DNA of 64,000 bases from Rhizophagus irregularis (Eukaryota): assembly GCF_026210795.1 (NCBI RefSeq), contig NC_089429.1:496001-560000 (forward strand), given 5' to 3'. A program made the position numbers and the translations under genes. Position 1 is the first letter of the stretch, and each line of letters starts with the position of its first letter. Positions 51,567 to 64,000 of this stretch are shown in pieces. A model generated the notes under the pieces. That model searched no databases. It worked only from the letters and a program-made list of their open reading frames with translations, and was not told the origin of the DNA.

Positions 51567-53100
51567 ATTCTTTAAAAAAAATTTTTTTTTTTTTTTGTTA
51601 TAAGAAAGGAAAAAAAGGGGGAAATTAAAAATAGGGATTTGTGGCTATTTTTTCAATATAAACTAAAACTAATTAGGGTGAATTTCGGACTTCAATTCCG
51701 ATAATAAAATAATATGCGGAGTATGCAGATCAATAGTAGATCATTCGGAAACTTTACCGGTAAATCATAAAGTTATTACGTTAACAGTTAAGGATTCAAA
51801 TAATTTTTTTTATGTTTTAAATTTTGTCATAATACGAGTTATACATACGAGTTACGTTCAAATTGTATTGGATTTGTATCAAATATATACGAATCCCGTA
51901 TAGGTCGTATTACGCTCATTACTGCTAGAACTGCTAGACCTACTGATTCAAATGGGCAAAAATAGCAAAATTCTTCGTCTTATAAACCAAATAAATAATA
52001 TCTCTTATAAACCTATTCATTATGTTAACGAAGTATTTTTTAATTGAAAATTTTAGTCATGTATAATCCCGGTAGCACTAAGTGTCACTCATGATCACCT
52101 TCATACTAATTTTAAAAATTGCGAGTGATTAGCTGAGTTTATAAATGACCGGGTATCTTCGTTAAAATAGTTAAAATAGTTAATATTTAATGAGTGACAC
52201 GCTCCAGGAGATTACCCATTTATTTCATGGGAACATCAGGGTTTTTTCCTTTCGGAAAAACCCTATTATTCCCAACTCCCCATGAAATAAATAATACTAA
52301 TATTTCACATTTAGTCAAAATCAGGTATAAAATGAAAATTAATACTAACCGCAGTGACTGAGGTATCTAGAATTGTGGCCGTGATAAAATTCAAAATAAA
52401 AATAAAATATTTAATAGTACTAACTAGAGTTTAGAGGTCTTAAAAAATATGGATATTTATCATTGGTATAATAAAATTACGTCAAATTCATCATTTAATC
52501 CAAATCAATTCGCGTAGTAATAACAACTCTTTCTTTTAATTTAAGTAAATATAATGGCAAATATTTATTTTATTTTATTAGAATTTGCTTGATAACATTC
52601 CTTGCTGATCACCGTTAACGAGTTTGATTAATAATGTCAGGTGATTTAGAAATTGAGTCCTAGTAGGTATGGTACGTTGAACTGAATTTGTAAAAAATTT
52701 CACAATTTTCTAAAATATCTTTTAAATTATATTTTATAATCAAACTACGGAGAGATATATTTTTTTCTTTTTTTTGCATTATTAATTACTATTGCTTTAT
52801 AATAAAAAATCTGAGTTGCTTTTGGTGATTATCATCTTTACAGTTTAAAATGAGATAAAAAAATCAAGTCTATTCTAACTCAATGTAAAAATTAATAATT
52901 TAAAGTATTTTTTTTATTTATTTAACATTATAAATCATTATTTGTACTGTACGTTCACGGATTTTGATCAGTTGCTATTGATGTGGTGTCATGTAGGTCA
53001 AAGTAGAATTGATGGTTACACAAATTATTACATATAACTTTGTTACCAACCAATAAATGGATATCTTTCTTTCTTTGCGCTAACGTTCAAATTCTATTTT

Positions 53101-55234
53101 TCTAACAATTATAATATTCATAATAACTTTCATAAACAACACAAGTTTATTGAACAAGCAATTCTTGCTCATAATTCCCTTACAGAAGAAGAAAAAACCA
53201 AAGCAATAATATTAAATAGTAAAGATTATGACCGGGATAAAATTTGTTTTAATTCAGGAACAAGAAGAATTTGTGAAAATTGTGACCAAGAATGTTTAGC
53301 TACACTATATTGTGAATATTGTGTTCGAAATTATTTAAAAGTAAATTTTTCAAATTGGTCATCTGAAAATAACAGATAATGATATTGATAATTTGATAAA
53401 AAATTGTCAAATGGAAACACTTCACCCACAAACAATAGTTGAATGGATTCCTTATAATAATTTACGAAATGTTAAATATTTAACAAAAGGCGGATTCTCT
53501 GAAATTTATATAGCAACTTAGATTGGTGTAAGGTATAATGAATGAGATACTAAAAAACAACAATTAATAAGGTTTGGAAATCTACAAGTAATACTTAAAG
53601 AATTAGGAAGTGTTGAAAGTGCCAATCGAAATTGGTTTGAAGAGGTTTATAATTAAAATATTTAAAGATTTTATTTCAAATTTTCTATTAACAATAAATT
53701 ACATTATCTTTATAGGCTAAATCACACTTAACCATAAGTAATAAATACATAGCTATTGTTCAATGTGTTGGTTTAACACAAAATCCATCAAGTGGAAATT
53801 ATATGCTTGTAATGAGAAGGATGGATATAAATTTAAGAGAATATTTACAACAAAATCACGTTCAGTTTACAACTTTACATGGAAAGAAAGAATTCATATT
53901 ATTTATGAAATAATTCAAGCACTTGGTCTAATTCATAAAGAGAAATCGATTCATAGAGATTTGCATTCCGGAAATATATTATATTCACAGCTTAATGATA
54001 GTTGGCGTGTTAGTGATCTTGGATTCTGTGGTCCTGCAGATAAACCATCAACAAGTATATATGGAAATCTTCCTTACATAGCACCTGAAGTTATTAATGG
54101 AAGAGGATATACTTTTAAATCTTTTAAATCTGATATTTATAGTATTGCAATACTTATGTGGGAAATTTCATCTGGACAACTACCATTTATGAATTACAAG
54201 CATGATCACAATCTTGCAATTAATATCATTAACGGTATGAGACCGAAAATTCTACCAAATATTCCTTCGAAATATAAAAGTTTAATGGAACAATGTTGGG
54301 ATGCTAATCCATTAAAAAGACCTAATACTTATACACTTTTGAAAAAAATAAAAGAAATTAAGTCATATTATCAAAATAACCCAAATGAATTACTCAACAA
54401 AATGTAAAAATAGATAAAGAAGGAAATAATATAATGAGCCATAAATTATTTACAAGTAAAATTTATAGATTTGAAAACCTACCTGAGCCAAAAAATGCGA
54501 CAGAAGGTATAGTAATTATTAGTCATTTAACATTTTTTTTTAACATTACTAATAATATTTTATTTTCAATTAAATAATAACAGAACAAAAAAAAGGTAAT
54601 GTAATGAATGTTAATAATGTTTTAGTAAAAGGCCTTCAATTAATAAATATATTGAAATAATCTCCTTTTTTAAATAAGCATTTTATACTAGTAAATTATA
54701 TGATTTTAGTATTCCTGATAATAGTAAGTATTTATTAAATCACATTGAGTTTTATATAGTAAATATTAAAATAATTGATTTTTATTATAGTTAGTAATCT
54801 TGGCAAATCAAGTAAACGGTATACTTCAATTAATTATAAAGATAATAAAGGTAATTTATTTTTTATTAAAATTTTGTAATAAATATTAAATGCTAATTTC
54901 TGTCTTAATTTTAGATAATGATAAAGAATCTCCCAGATCATTTAAAAGGTTGAAATTAGAGAATGGTAAACCAAATGTTCAATAAATTTGTTTATAAAAC
55001 AACGTTATTGGAATAAGGATTAAATTTTATTTATTTAATAATAGTAGATCTTAAAAGTGAAAGAGAAATAACGCAACAACGATCAAATATTGATATTAAT
55101 GATAGGTAATATCCATTAAATTATTTATATTATAATTAATCTTATTATTCTAATTTATTTTATTTTTATAGATAATGTACATAATAATCCAAATCTTCGT
55201 TCAGAAAAGCAAGGTGAATTTTAAATTCCAGATG
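53101..55234 (+). pseudogene. Protein kinase (TKL-like) pseudogene, paralogue of 62216->64000
   Basis: Retains CENC..C..YCEYC, KGGFSEIY, HRDLHSGN, SDLG, APE and the paralogue's exon layout. Lacks a start; frameshifts near 53375, 53865 and 54393; stops TAG 53519, TGA 53543, TAA 55222; no terminal exon found. Confidence 0.88.
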
Positions 55235-55339
55235 GTCGGTTAGGGCGTCAGCAACTTCGTACCTCGAGTTACGAAGGGTCACATGGTCAAAAGCACTCTA
55301 CGCATTTTTTCAGAGCCGGAATTACGATAATGCCAGCAA

Positions 55340-57220
55340 GAAAAAAAAAAAAACTCTTTCTTAAAAAAATTTTTTTCAAAAAATACTAAGAAAAAATTTA
55401 CATATAAGAAATGGGTAAAAGTAATAAAAAGAAATCTTCACAACAGTCTATACCCGTACAAGAGTTCGTTGACTCCTTCACCAACTCGTTCGCTTCTTTA
55501 TTAGGGAACATAATATTTGATTACTTACAGTGTGGTGATGTAGAGTCTGAATTTTATAAGACTGCAACTGCTAAACTCGTTCCAAAAGGCGACATAGTCA
55601 CAGAGCGGTCTATACTGGATAATGTAAGAGTTACTAAACAGTTTACGAGAACATTAAATCAAGCGATAATCTCAGGAGCTCGCTGCAAAGCTCGACAAAC
55701 GCTGGATAGTTTAAGCTCACGTTACCAAAATGCTCTTCCTTCACTCGTTCAAAGCGCTGTTGAGGCGCAGCTAAAAAAAAAGGAGAAGAAGGTCAGCAAA
55801 CAAAAAGCGCCTGTATCAGATGACGCAGACGCCAATCTTGTGATCGACGAATCCATGAACATAGATGACAATGTAGATCCAGATACAACCGCGTCCCAAC
55901 CAAATCAGGAAGGTTCATCCAATGTTGATCAATCATCTACATCTATATCAAAGCCGATTGGTTCTCAGATTCCGAAAAATGTAACATCTTCGGAATCACA
56001 AATTACAAAAGGCAAGATCACTAAGATGACTATTAATAACAATGTAATACACAATTCGCAAAAAGGTCAAGTGCGAACTATTATGATTTACGATATACCT
56101 GCGGCCTGGTCACATGATGCAATCCTGGAACATCTAAAATCATGGGGCCAAGTATTGGAAATATCCTTTAAGACACAACACAAGTATCAGTCCGTTTGGA
56201 CAAAAATGACACTCAAACCAACTACAGACATGGACTTCGTTATGAGAACGTGGCAACAAAAATTAGGTGATGGTCTTGTCCGCTGGTATCCTGGACATTG
56301 GAAATTAAGAGAACGTAAGGCTCGGGAACGTTTTCAAGTAAAATTTTCTCTTCCGGAAGACTGGAAGTCTAATCTGTTGGCATTCAGTTATCACGAAAAT
56401 CAATCCTTCGAACATATATTGAGTCATGAATTGAAGGGTCGTGCTTTTATTCATTTAAAGGTACATGGGAAACATCAGTTGATCGCTTACTTTGAGATGC
56501 ACGAACACCTACTTAGATGTATGGAATTTAGCCATCATTGGAAGCCGACCATTTCAACTCCTCCCACAAAAAAAATTCCTCCAAAGTCCAATAAGGACAA
56601 AAAGACTTATTCACAACAAAGTAAAGGGAAGAATCTGGGCAAATCGCTCAGTTCCTCGACTTGTTCGCGCAACAAATCCAACACTCAACAAAAGACTGAT
56701 GACATGCGTCCTTTACTCTTAAAACTCCTAAACCTTTTGGTGTGAGGTCGTGAATAATCAAATCCTAAATAGCATAGAATAAGTGGCTTTAACTGTATTA
56801 CAGTCATAACATTTTTTTTTTAGGTGAAATCAGTGGCGCTTATTTCTTTTGTAGGACCCATGAAAGAAGTTAATTGGTGTTTAAGGTGATTTAGGTGGTT
56901 CGGTAGGAAGGTGTTTTATTTTTTTTTTCCGTTCTTCTATTCTATTTTTCTTTTTTCTCGGTGTCTTTGGTTTTTTTTTAGCTCCCGCTTTTTTTCCACC
57001 CCTTTTATTAGTCATATTCCTGGTCCCAGTGCGTTTTTTTTATTCATTTTATTTTTTTTAATTATGGGCTGTAGCGTAGTTTTCCTGCCTGTATGAGTGC
57101 CCAAACTTAGATAGGTCCCGTAGGGGATGTAAATTGTTAAATCATTCAATTTTTAGTTTTATTTTATAATTCTATTCTTTGTAATTAACATCTACTATCT
57201 TCGATTGTAAAATAAAATAA
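55340..57220 (+). mobile_element. Non-autonomous non-LTR retroelement (or retrocopy) carrying only an ORF1-like gene
   Basis: Perfect 16-bp TSD ACGATAATGCCAGCAA (55324-55339, 57221-57236); 3' tail GTAAAATAAAATAA; no TIR, LTR or RT. Confidence 0.85.
55411..56745 (+). CDS. LINE ORF1-like nucleic-acid-binding protein (RRM-like), 444 aa
   Basis: Intact intronless ORF, visibly more GC-rich than host genes. Helical N-terminus, disordered linker, RRM-like TIMIYDIP..WSHDAILEHLKSWGQVLEISF segment, Lys/Ser-rich tail and terminal amphipathic helix. Family assignment is by recall of similar fungal LINE ORF1s. Confidence 0.7.
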   Translation: MGKSNKKKSSQQSIPVQEFVDSFTNSFASLLGNIIFDYLQCGDVESEFYKTATAKLVPKGDIVTERSILDNVRVTKQFTRTLNQAIISGARCKARQTLDSLSSRYQNALPSLVQSAVEAQLKKKEKKVSKQKAPVSDDADANLVIDESMNIDDNVDPDTTASQPNQEGSSNVDQSSTSISKPIGSQIPKNVTSSESQITKGKITKMTINNNVIHNSQKGQVRTIMIYDIPAAWSHDAILEHLKSWGQVLEISFKTQHKYQSVWTKMTLKPTTDMDFVMRTWQQKLGDGLVRWYPGHWKLRERKARERFQVKFSLPEDWKSNLLAFSYHENQSFEHILSHELKGRAFIHLKVHGKHQLIAYFEMHEHLLRCMEFSHHWKPTISTPPTKKIPPKSNKDKKTYSQQSKGKNLGKSLSSSTCSRNKSNTQQKTDDMRPLLLKLLNLLV

Positions 57221-57275
57221 ACGATAATGCCAGCAATAATCTAAAAAAGGAAATAAACTCTGGCTGACATTATAT

Positions 57276-57628
57276 GGGCGTGCGTCAGTTAAAAAGGGGG
57301 AAATCTACGTTTTCATCATTTTGAGAAAAATGAAATTAACTTATTTGCAAGAAAAAATATTTTGCTTTCATGCGTCAGTTAAAAGAGGGGAATTTGGTGG
57401 CTAAACTTTTATCCATATCATGTGACTTCACCTTCATCATTACGTCATGCTATTGCTAAATAAGTTAATGATCGTCAAATAATCAAATGATCGTCCCTAT
57501 AGCATATTTCAGTTATTTGATTTTATTTCGATAATTTATTATGCTTATCGGCATACAATATTAAGTGAGCCAAAAACCTCAAATTTGGTTTTGAGGTAGA
57601 TTTCCCCCCTTTTAACTGACGCACGCCC
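57276..57628. mobile_element. MITE flanked by (TA)n
   Basis: 33-bp TIR GGGCGTGCGTCAGTTAAAA(A/G)GGGGGAAATCTAC with 1 mismatch; a partial internal copy at ~57371-57394. Confidence 0.85.
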
Positions 57629-58073
57629 ATATATAAAAGGAAAATCCATAATTATTACTACGCAAACCCTCAATTTGTGATTTTGTGATCTTATATGTAA
57701 TATTCTGCTTAAATTCGCGTCATGTTAGGTTCCTAACTGACACCCATTAATAAAAATAAAAATAAAAAAAAATATGAACTTTATATAATATAGCTCAAAT
57801 GTTTTAACTTCATCTTTTCAAAGAAAATAAATTTCTATTAGTCTTAACTTCTTCAAAAGATAAATATTTAACTTTTCTTTTCATAGTAAATTCATTTATG
57901 AAAGATAAAATATCATCATCTCTTATTTTTAATTATAATTTTTAAATATAATCTGAAAATTTTTCAAAATCTTTTGTGTCGATGTATTGCGGCGGATTTA
58001 TGAAATTTTGCAAAAACTCTGCTGCGCCCTCGGGAATTAAGCTTTTTCCTAAGGAATGTCAACCAATGACGCG

Positions 58074-58395
58074 TAGAGATGGTCAGTCCCTGGACGGTCC
58101 TGCCCGGTCTTTAGGAAAGTTATAAGGAATGCACCCTTGAATTTTTAGGACGCAGCAAGTATGGCTAAAGACCAATAAATGTCAAAATTTGGCCTTTATA
58201 CTTCTTTTTTAAGATCAGCGGAGGCGAAATTGGCAAAAGACCGAAAAAAGTAACAAATATTGGTTTTGGTAAAATAAAAACCTGCCTAGTTCTGAATTGG
58301 GTGCTTAGATTGAGACCAAAATTTACCACTTTTCCAGTTCTATTGTGGTACAAAAAATTGGGAGTACAGATCGCAGGACCGACTGACCATCTCTA
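58074..58395. mobile_element. hAT-type MITE
   Basis: Perfect 15-bp TIR TAGAGATGGTCAGTC and perfect 8-bp TSD ATGACGCG; TIR resembles that of 26511-27434. Confidence 0.92.
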
Positions 58396-61300
58396 ATGAC
58401 GCGCCTTTAACACCGGAAAAATTGGTTATATAGTGGGGAAATTAGTTAGACGCAAGATTTGGGGCACAAAAAAATTTTTTGGAGCACATTTTTGACTGTT
58501 CACTAATAAATTTGGGGAAAATTGGTGACTAAAATACGGTCAAATATTTATTTAATTAGACATGACGGACAAATTTTAATAGGGTATTTCATAAATCCGC
58601 CATGATGCAGTTAATTAAAAAGAGTATATAGTAAAGTAGTATGGTACGATATGATATAATAAATAAGGTATTATTAATTATGTACAGGTACAGCACGATG
58701 GGTACGATACCAATCATATTTATATAATATATACATCCAGAGAAACAGGTATGGTAAGATCGGGCAAATGGGGAAAGCATATCGGTTAAAGTTTCATACT
58801 TAAAATCGATAAAGCAAATACACAAGAACATACTGTAACCAAATAAATAATATCTTAATTAAAAATATTCTAAATAATTTTTCCTAAATTTAATAAAATG
58901 ATTGAACTACTGTATGTTGGATTTTATGTCGACTTTGAACTGCTCCAGCAAGCCAGCTTAAGTTGAAATTAAGATGGTTTATTTAATAACCAATCAAAGA
59001 AATTTTTGTTGATCAATATCCGCATGTTCTACTTGTTTATAATTTTTCTCAGAGATCCGTTCAAATGGGAACCGACGAATCATTCCTTTCCTGTTAGGGA
59101 CATTTAGAATTATATAATTTTTTTTCATTGCTAAATATTCCAAAGCTGTGATATTAAATTTTTTTTCGTTGTTAAATTTTGTTTCATCGGTAAGAAGAAA
59201 ATTCAAATTTTATCTTATTGCAGTACGGTGCATGAGAATTATCTAAACAAACACAATTCGTGCATACAAATGTCTGAAATCCCGAGAGCATGAAGTGTAG
59301 AAACAGAGATTTAAATCTGTAAATTCTAATCGAATAAATAAAAACATGTCTACTAATTCTTAGTTCCTATTATCATTATAATTGCAAATTTTTATATATT
59401 AATAATATTGAAGTTAAAAATTTGTGCGAAACAATGGTAATTGGACGAAAATTATTTAATTTACATAAATTTGACCTTTGATGTTGAGTCAGGTCTCGCA
59501 AATGATTAACCCGATTATACAAATATCTAAATATCTTAATTATAAATGCAAAGTCACTAATAATAATCATTTTCAGATTAACACAAACAATATATTAATA
59601 TTAAAATTTCCAGTATTAACAACATTAATTACCTTGGTGCCAAAAGATATAACTAAAGTTTGCGATTTATTGGCTAATGATCACGTGAGTAGACGTAGAA
59701 ACCCGTGACTACAAAACCTTTCATAGACGCAGCAGTCGCAGCAACTCCATACAATTAAGTTTATATCTATTAACCGTCATTTGTTTTCACAAAATATGCA
59801 CTTTAATATCGACTACCGTCTGTTTATGTTAATCTAATAACAGATGTAGACGCGACATTCTCCTTATTTACTATTTGACCCTAAAGATCATGAATAGTTG
59901 ATTCAATAACGTCTAAAATAATTTATAACAATTTCTTGGTATTAGTTATATTATGACAATAAAAAGATTTAAAAATGGAAACTGTTTAAAAGTCCACAAA
60001 CGTATTACACCTTCTGACCGCGTTAAATAGTACAAAAACTTGCATTTCAATATTGTACAATTACAACAATAAATCAACAAGTAATCAATGTCTATCTGTT
60101 TAATCAGATTGGCAATATGAAAAATATTCAAAACTCAGCTTTTTTCTTAATTAACTAAATAATTTTTTTTAAGTTTCAAACATAATTTCACAGAAGTAAT
60201 AAATTCGGAATTTTTCAGACAAAATTTATTTTTTAATGGTCTCATCCATAACGAAAGTTACTTAATTAAATGCAGAGTGTATCAAACATCGCATCCTTAT
60301 TTATCACTCATTATAATAATAGTTAGTAGTTTGTAACGAAACAGTTTGAAATTTAGAAATAAGGCTATCATAACATAGTTACCAACTTGGTATAAGAGAT
60401 CATATTTATTTAAGCAATTTCTACATAGTGATTCTCGTTCTAAACTCTGATTCTCTGTTTAAATTAATGTAAAAAATAAGAGAAAATTATTAAATAATAT
60501 TTCATAAAATAGCAAAAGGAGTAGAATTAAACCATAAAACATTGTACTAAGACGCAAAAAGTCATAGATATTGAAATATGTTATCTCAATAAATTAAAGA
60601 GCATTAAACTTGCTTTCAGGTATAGTAAAATATCATTCTTATATAAAAAAAAGAAATAGTTGAATAAATTCTACATATAAATATGGTCGTTTGTTTCGGT
60701 GGAATGATTAATCGGATTTTCATTAAGAAATATTTTGTTTATTAGCGAATACAATTACCGTCTTTTGGCTTCATGGTTTTGGAGATAAGTTTTCAGGTAA
60801 AAACTTGGCACAGTCTGGATTGTGATTGTAACGCATATAGTTCATATAGGACTTTTGATGTCTTACATTCCAATTCATATTAAAGCGAACTAAATTCAAT
60901 ACGTCCACGCCCTCATATATTAATTTTGTACCCGCAAAAATGTCAGTTATTATATAAAGAATATTAATCCATATAACAACTAAAAAGCGCCCTCCTATTT
61001 TCTTGTTTTTTCAAACCAAAATTTACCTTTTGATTAGCCTTTTTTATGCGTAGCACAAACTCTTCATAAATATTGCAACAGAATTACATCATAATCACAT
61101 GACAAACTGTTAATATTTTATGCGGAATATTTTTTTAAAATCAAAAGTCATTAATAGAAAGGACTCTTACAATAAATTCTCTAGAGATTTATAAAATCCA
61201 GACTATCATTAATGTACTTTCATCCAAAGTAGAACTGTTTCATCTGTTATTCTAAATTGTTAGGGCACGAGCACTTAAATGGGGAAATCAATTTATTATG

Positions 61301-62215
61301 AGGACCATATTTTTCTTACAATAAATGTGTCACATGTAAAAAAACAACGTTATAGAAGACAAATTTTACAATTGATGGTATCATCCAAGTGATCCTGGCA
61401 AACAGAGTTCAAAATTTCGGACAAAATTAAAGCTTTTCTCACACCGAAATGTAATTTTAATTTAACGTCTTAATCCTCACCCCTCAACATGGACGAGAAT
61501 ACCGTGATGATTACTCCAGGCTCTTTGAAGTATCAAAGAGCAAGAATATATTACCTTCTCCATACTTTAACGTCTTTACTGTAACCAACAATTCCAAATA
61601 ATTCCATATTACACGATTTATTACGTTGACGCTCAAATAAACATTTATTTCTCTTATAAATTTCTTTTTTAAATTTTAAATTTAACAATAAATCTAAATT
61701 CGTATATGTTATTCCACACCTTTCAGTATACAAGATTACGAAGGTAATTTTACTGTAGATAGCATTCAAACTTTGCCTGATTTTTCATTGCAAGCTTTAC
61801 GTGATACAGAGTTGTAAAATACATCATAAATCAATAGAATAAATACTTTTGATGGATCATAACCATTTTCATCAAAATTATAACGTATTTATCAAAAATT
61901 CTATAATTTAACATAATTATCGAATAAAGGATTTATAATCTGTCAATTAAAATAATTTCTCTTATTATTCACTTAAAATACATTTTTATAACATTCGTGT
62001 ACCATATTTTATAATGATGAAATAAATTTATAATAATAAATAGTTTTCTTTATTTAATGATTGAATAACCCTTATAAAAAATAAACGAGAACTGAATTAT
62101 TTAAATTACAAACTAAGAATCTTCCTATTACCTGTTACTCTAATCTTAGTGTTTAAATAATTTAACATAAGATAAATAATAAAAAATGAAATTTGCATTC
62201 AAATCGTAAATTAAT

Positions 62216-64000
62216 TTAAAGTTCATCTATAAAATAAATAAGATTAGTAAATGAAGATTAATTTATTATTTTAATATATTAACAAAGTAAACAAACCATC
62301 GAGGATTTCTGGTTTATCTTGTTCTGAATGAAGACTTGAATTATTCTGTACTTCATCTGTAAAATAGAATAAATTAGAATAATAATATTGATCATTATTA
62401 ATAAATAATTTATTTTACCTACCATTAGTACCAATATTTGATCGTTGTTGCATGAATTCTCTCTCATAGTCATTTTGAATATCTACTATTATCAATAAAT
62501 CAAATTTAGTGACATATTCATCCTTATCTTCAACAATGTTATAGGAAAATTAGAATCGATATATAAATGAATTTTTAAGGCTTTACCATTATCTATCTTC
62601 AATTTTTTGGATAATCTGGGTGATTCTTCACTATCATTATCTAAAATTAAGATATACAGTAAATTAGTATTTATTTATTTAAAACACTGATAGAAGAGTA
62701 AATTACCTTTAGAACTAATTGATGTATATTGATTACTTGATTTACCAAGATTACTAGCTATAATAAAACGAATCATTTAATATTTTGTCGTATAAAATTC
62801 AAATATAATCTTAATAAATACTTACAATTACTAGAAATACTAAAATCATATGATCTACTGATATAAAATGCTATTTTTTAAAAAAAGATTATCTCAACCT
62901 ATTTATTAATTAAAGGACTTATACTAAAATATTATTATCTTTATATTACCTTTTTGTTCTTCTATTATTATTTATAAAAAGAAGATATTATTAATAGTGA
63001 TTGAATATTAGGAAAAGATTAGATTAATAAATATAAAACAATTATTATACCTTCTGTTGCATTTTTTGGTTCAGGTAGGTTTTCAAATTTATGTATTTTA
63101 CTTGTAAATGATTTACTATTTATGTTAATTTTTTCTTTATCTACTTTTGTTATTAATTGAGGTAATTCATTTGGGTTATTTTGATAATATGTTTTAATTT
63201 CACTTATTTTATCAAAAAGTGTATCAGCATCAGGTCTTTTTAATGGGTTAGCATCCCAACATTGTTCCATTAAACTTTTATATTTTAAAGGAATTTCTGA
63301 TATAATTTTTGGTCTTATACCATCAATGATATTAATTGCAAGAATATAATCATGTTCATAATTCATAAATGGAGGTTGTCCAAATGAAATTTCCCACATA
63401 AGCATTGCAATACTATAAATATCAGATTTAAAGGTATAACCTTTTCCATTAATAACTTCAGGTGCTATGTAAGGAAGATTTCCATATATGCTTGTTGATG
63501 GTTTGTCTGCAGGACCACAAAATCCAAGATCACTAATTTTCCAATGATCATTAAACTGGGAATATAAAATATTTCCAGAATGCAAATCTCTATGAATTGA
63601 ATTTTCTTCATGAATATAATAAAGTGCATCAATTATTAAAAAAGTAATATTAATTCTTTCATTCCATGTAAGTTGATTATGATTTTGTTGTAAATATTCT
63701 TTTAAATTCAAATCATACTTTCTCATTACAAGTAAATAATTTCTATTTGATGGATTTTGTGTTAAACCAAAACATTGAACAACATTTGGGTATTTATTAC
63801 TTATAGTTAAGTGTGATTTAGCCTATAAAGATAAATTTCAAAATTTTACTATTAATAGAGAATTTTAAATGTAAGTTCTTTAAATATTTTAAATTTACAA
63901 ACCTCTTCAAACCAACTTTGACTTGCATTTGCAACATTTTTTAATTCTTTAAGTATTACTTTATGAGTTCCACGTCTTATTAATTGTTGCACTTTAGAAT
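62216..64000 (-). CDS. Protein kinase (TKL-like), 5' end beyond the window
   Basis: Exons >64000-63903, 63822-63051, 62961-62950, 62870-62826, 62757-62707, 62640-62587, 62485-62423, 62356-62297, 62226-62216 splice in frame to TAA; VILK, HRDLHSGN, SDLG, APE and SDIYS motifs. Confidence 0.88.

Noticed and set aside
53763..54407. Functional stand-alone 214-aa kinase
   Set aside because: Fragment of a pseudogene; the N-lobe is in other frames and contains stops.
55240..57745. Outer TIR element (GGGCGTCAG...CTGACACCC) hosting the retroelement
   Set aside because: Only 8/9 bp match and no TSD; boundaries cannot be supported.
58600..61800. Short ORFs and protein-like fragments
   Set aside because: No consistent frame, splice pattern or recognisable domain by eye.

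Overview
Very AT-rich, intron-containing eukaryotic DNA. The gene families (F-box/LRR proteins, TKL-type kinases with HRDLHSGN and a micro-exon tail, 10-exon P450s) suggest an arbuscular mycorrhizal fungus (Glomeromycotina, Rhizophagus-like); this is inference. Host genes: four F-box/LRR genes, two head-to-head cytochrome P450 paralogues with identical intron positions, two tail-to-tail 3-exon membrane-protein genes with Cys-rich tails, one kinase running off the right edge, and an inverted kinase pseudogene. Mobile DNA: an apparently intact hAT transposon, about a dozen non-autonomous DNA elements (several with exact target-site duplications, some nested), complex minisatellites and AT-degraded TE blocks. 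The two most notable observations are (i) a 1.88-kb retroposed element with a perfect 16-bp TSD and a (TAAAA)n tail that encodes only an ORF1-like protein and no reverse transcriptase, and (ii) a convergent pair of probably related membrane proteins, one with ten tandem 11-residue Cys-rich repeats and the other ending in a CYSTM-like motif. No rRNA, tRNA or CRISPR array was recognised. Exon boundaries were read by eye and may be off by a few bases.
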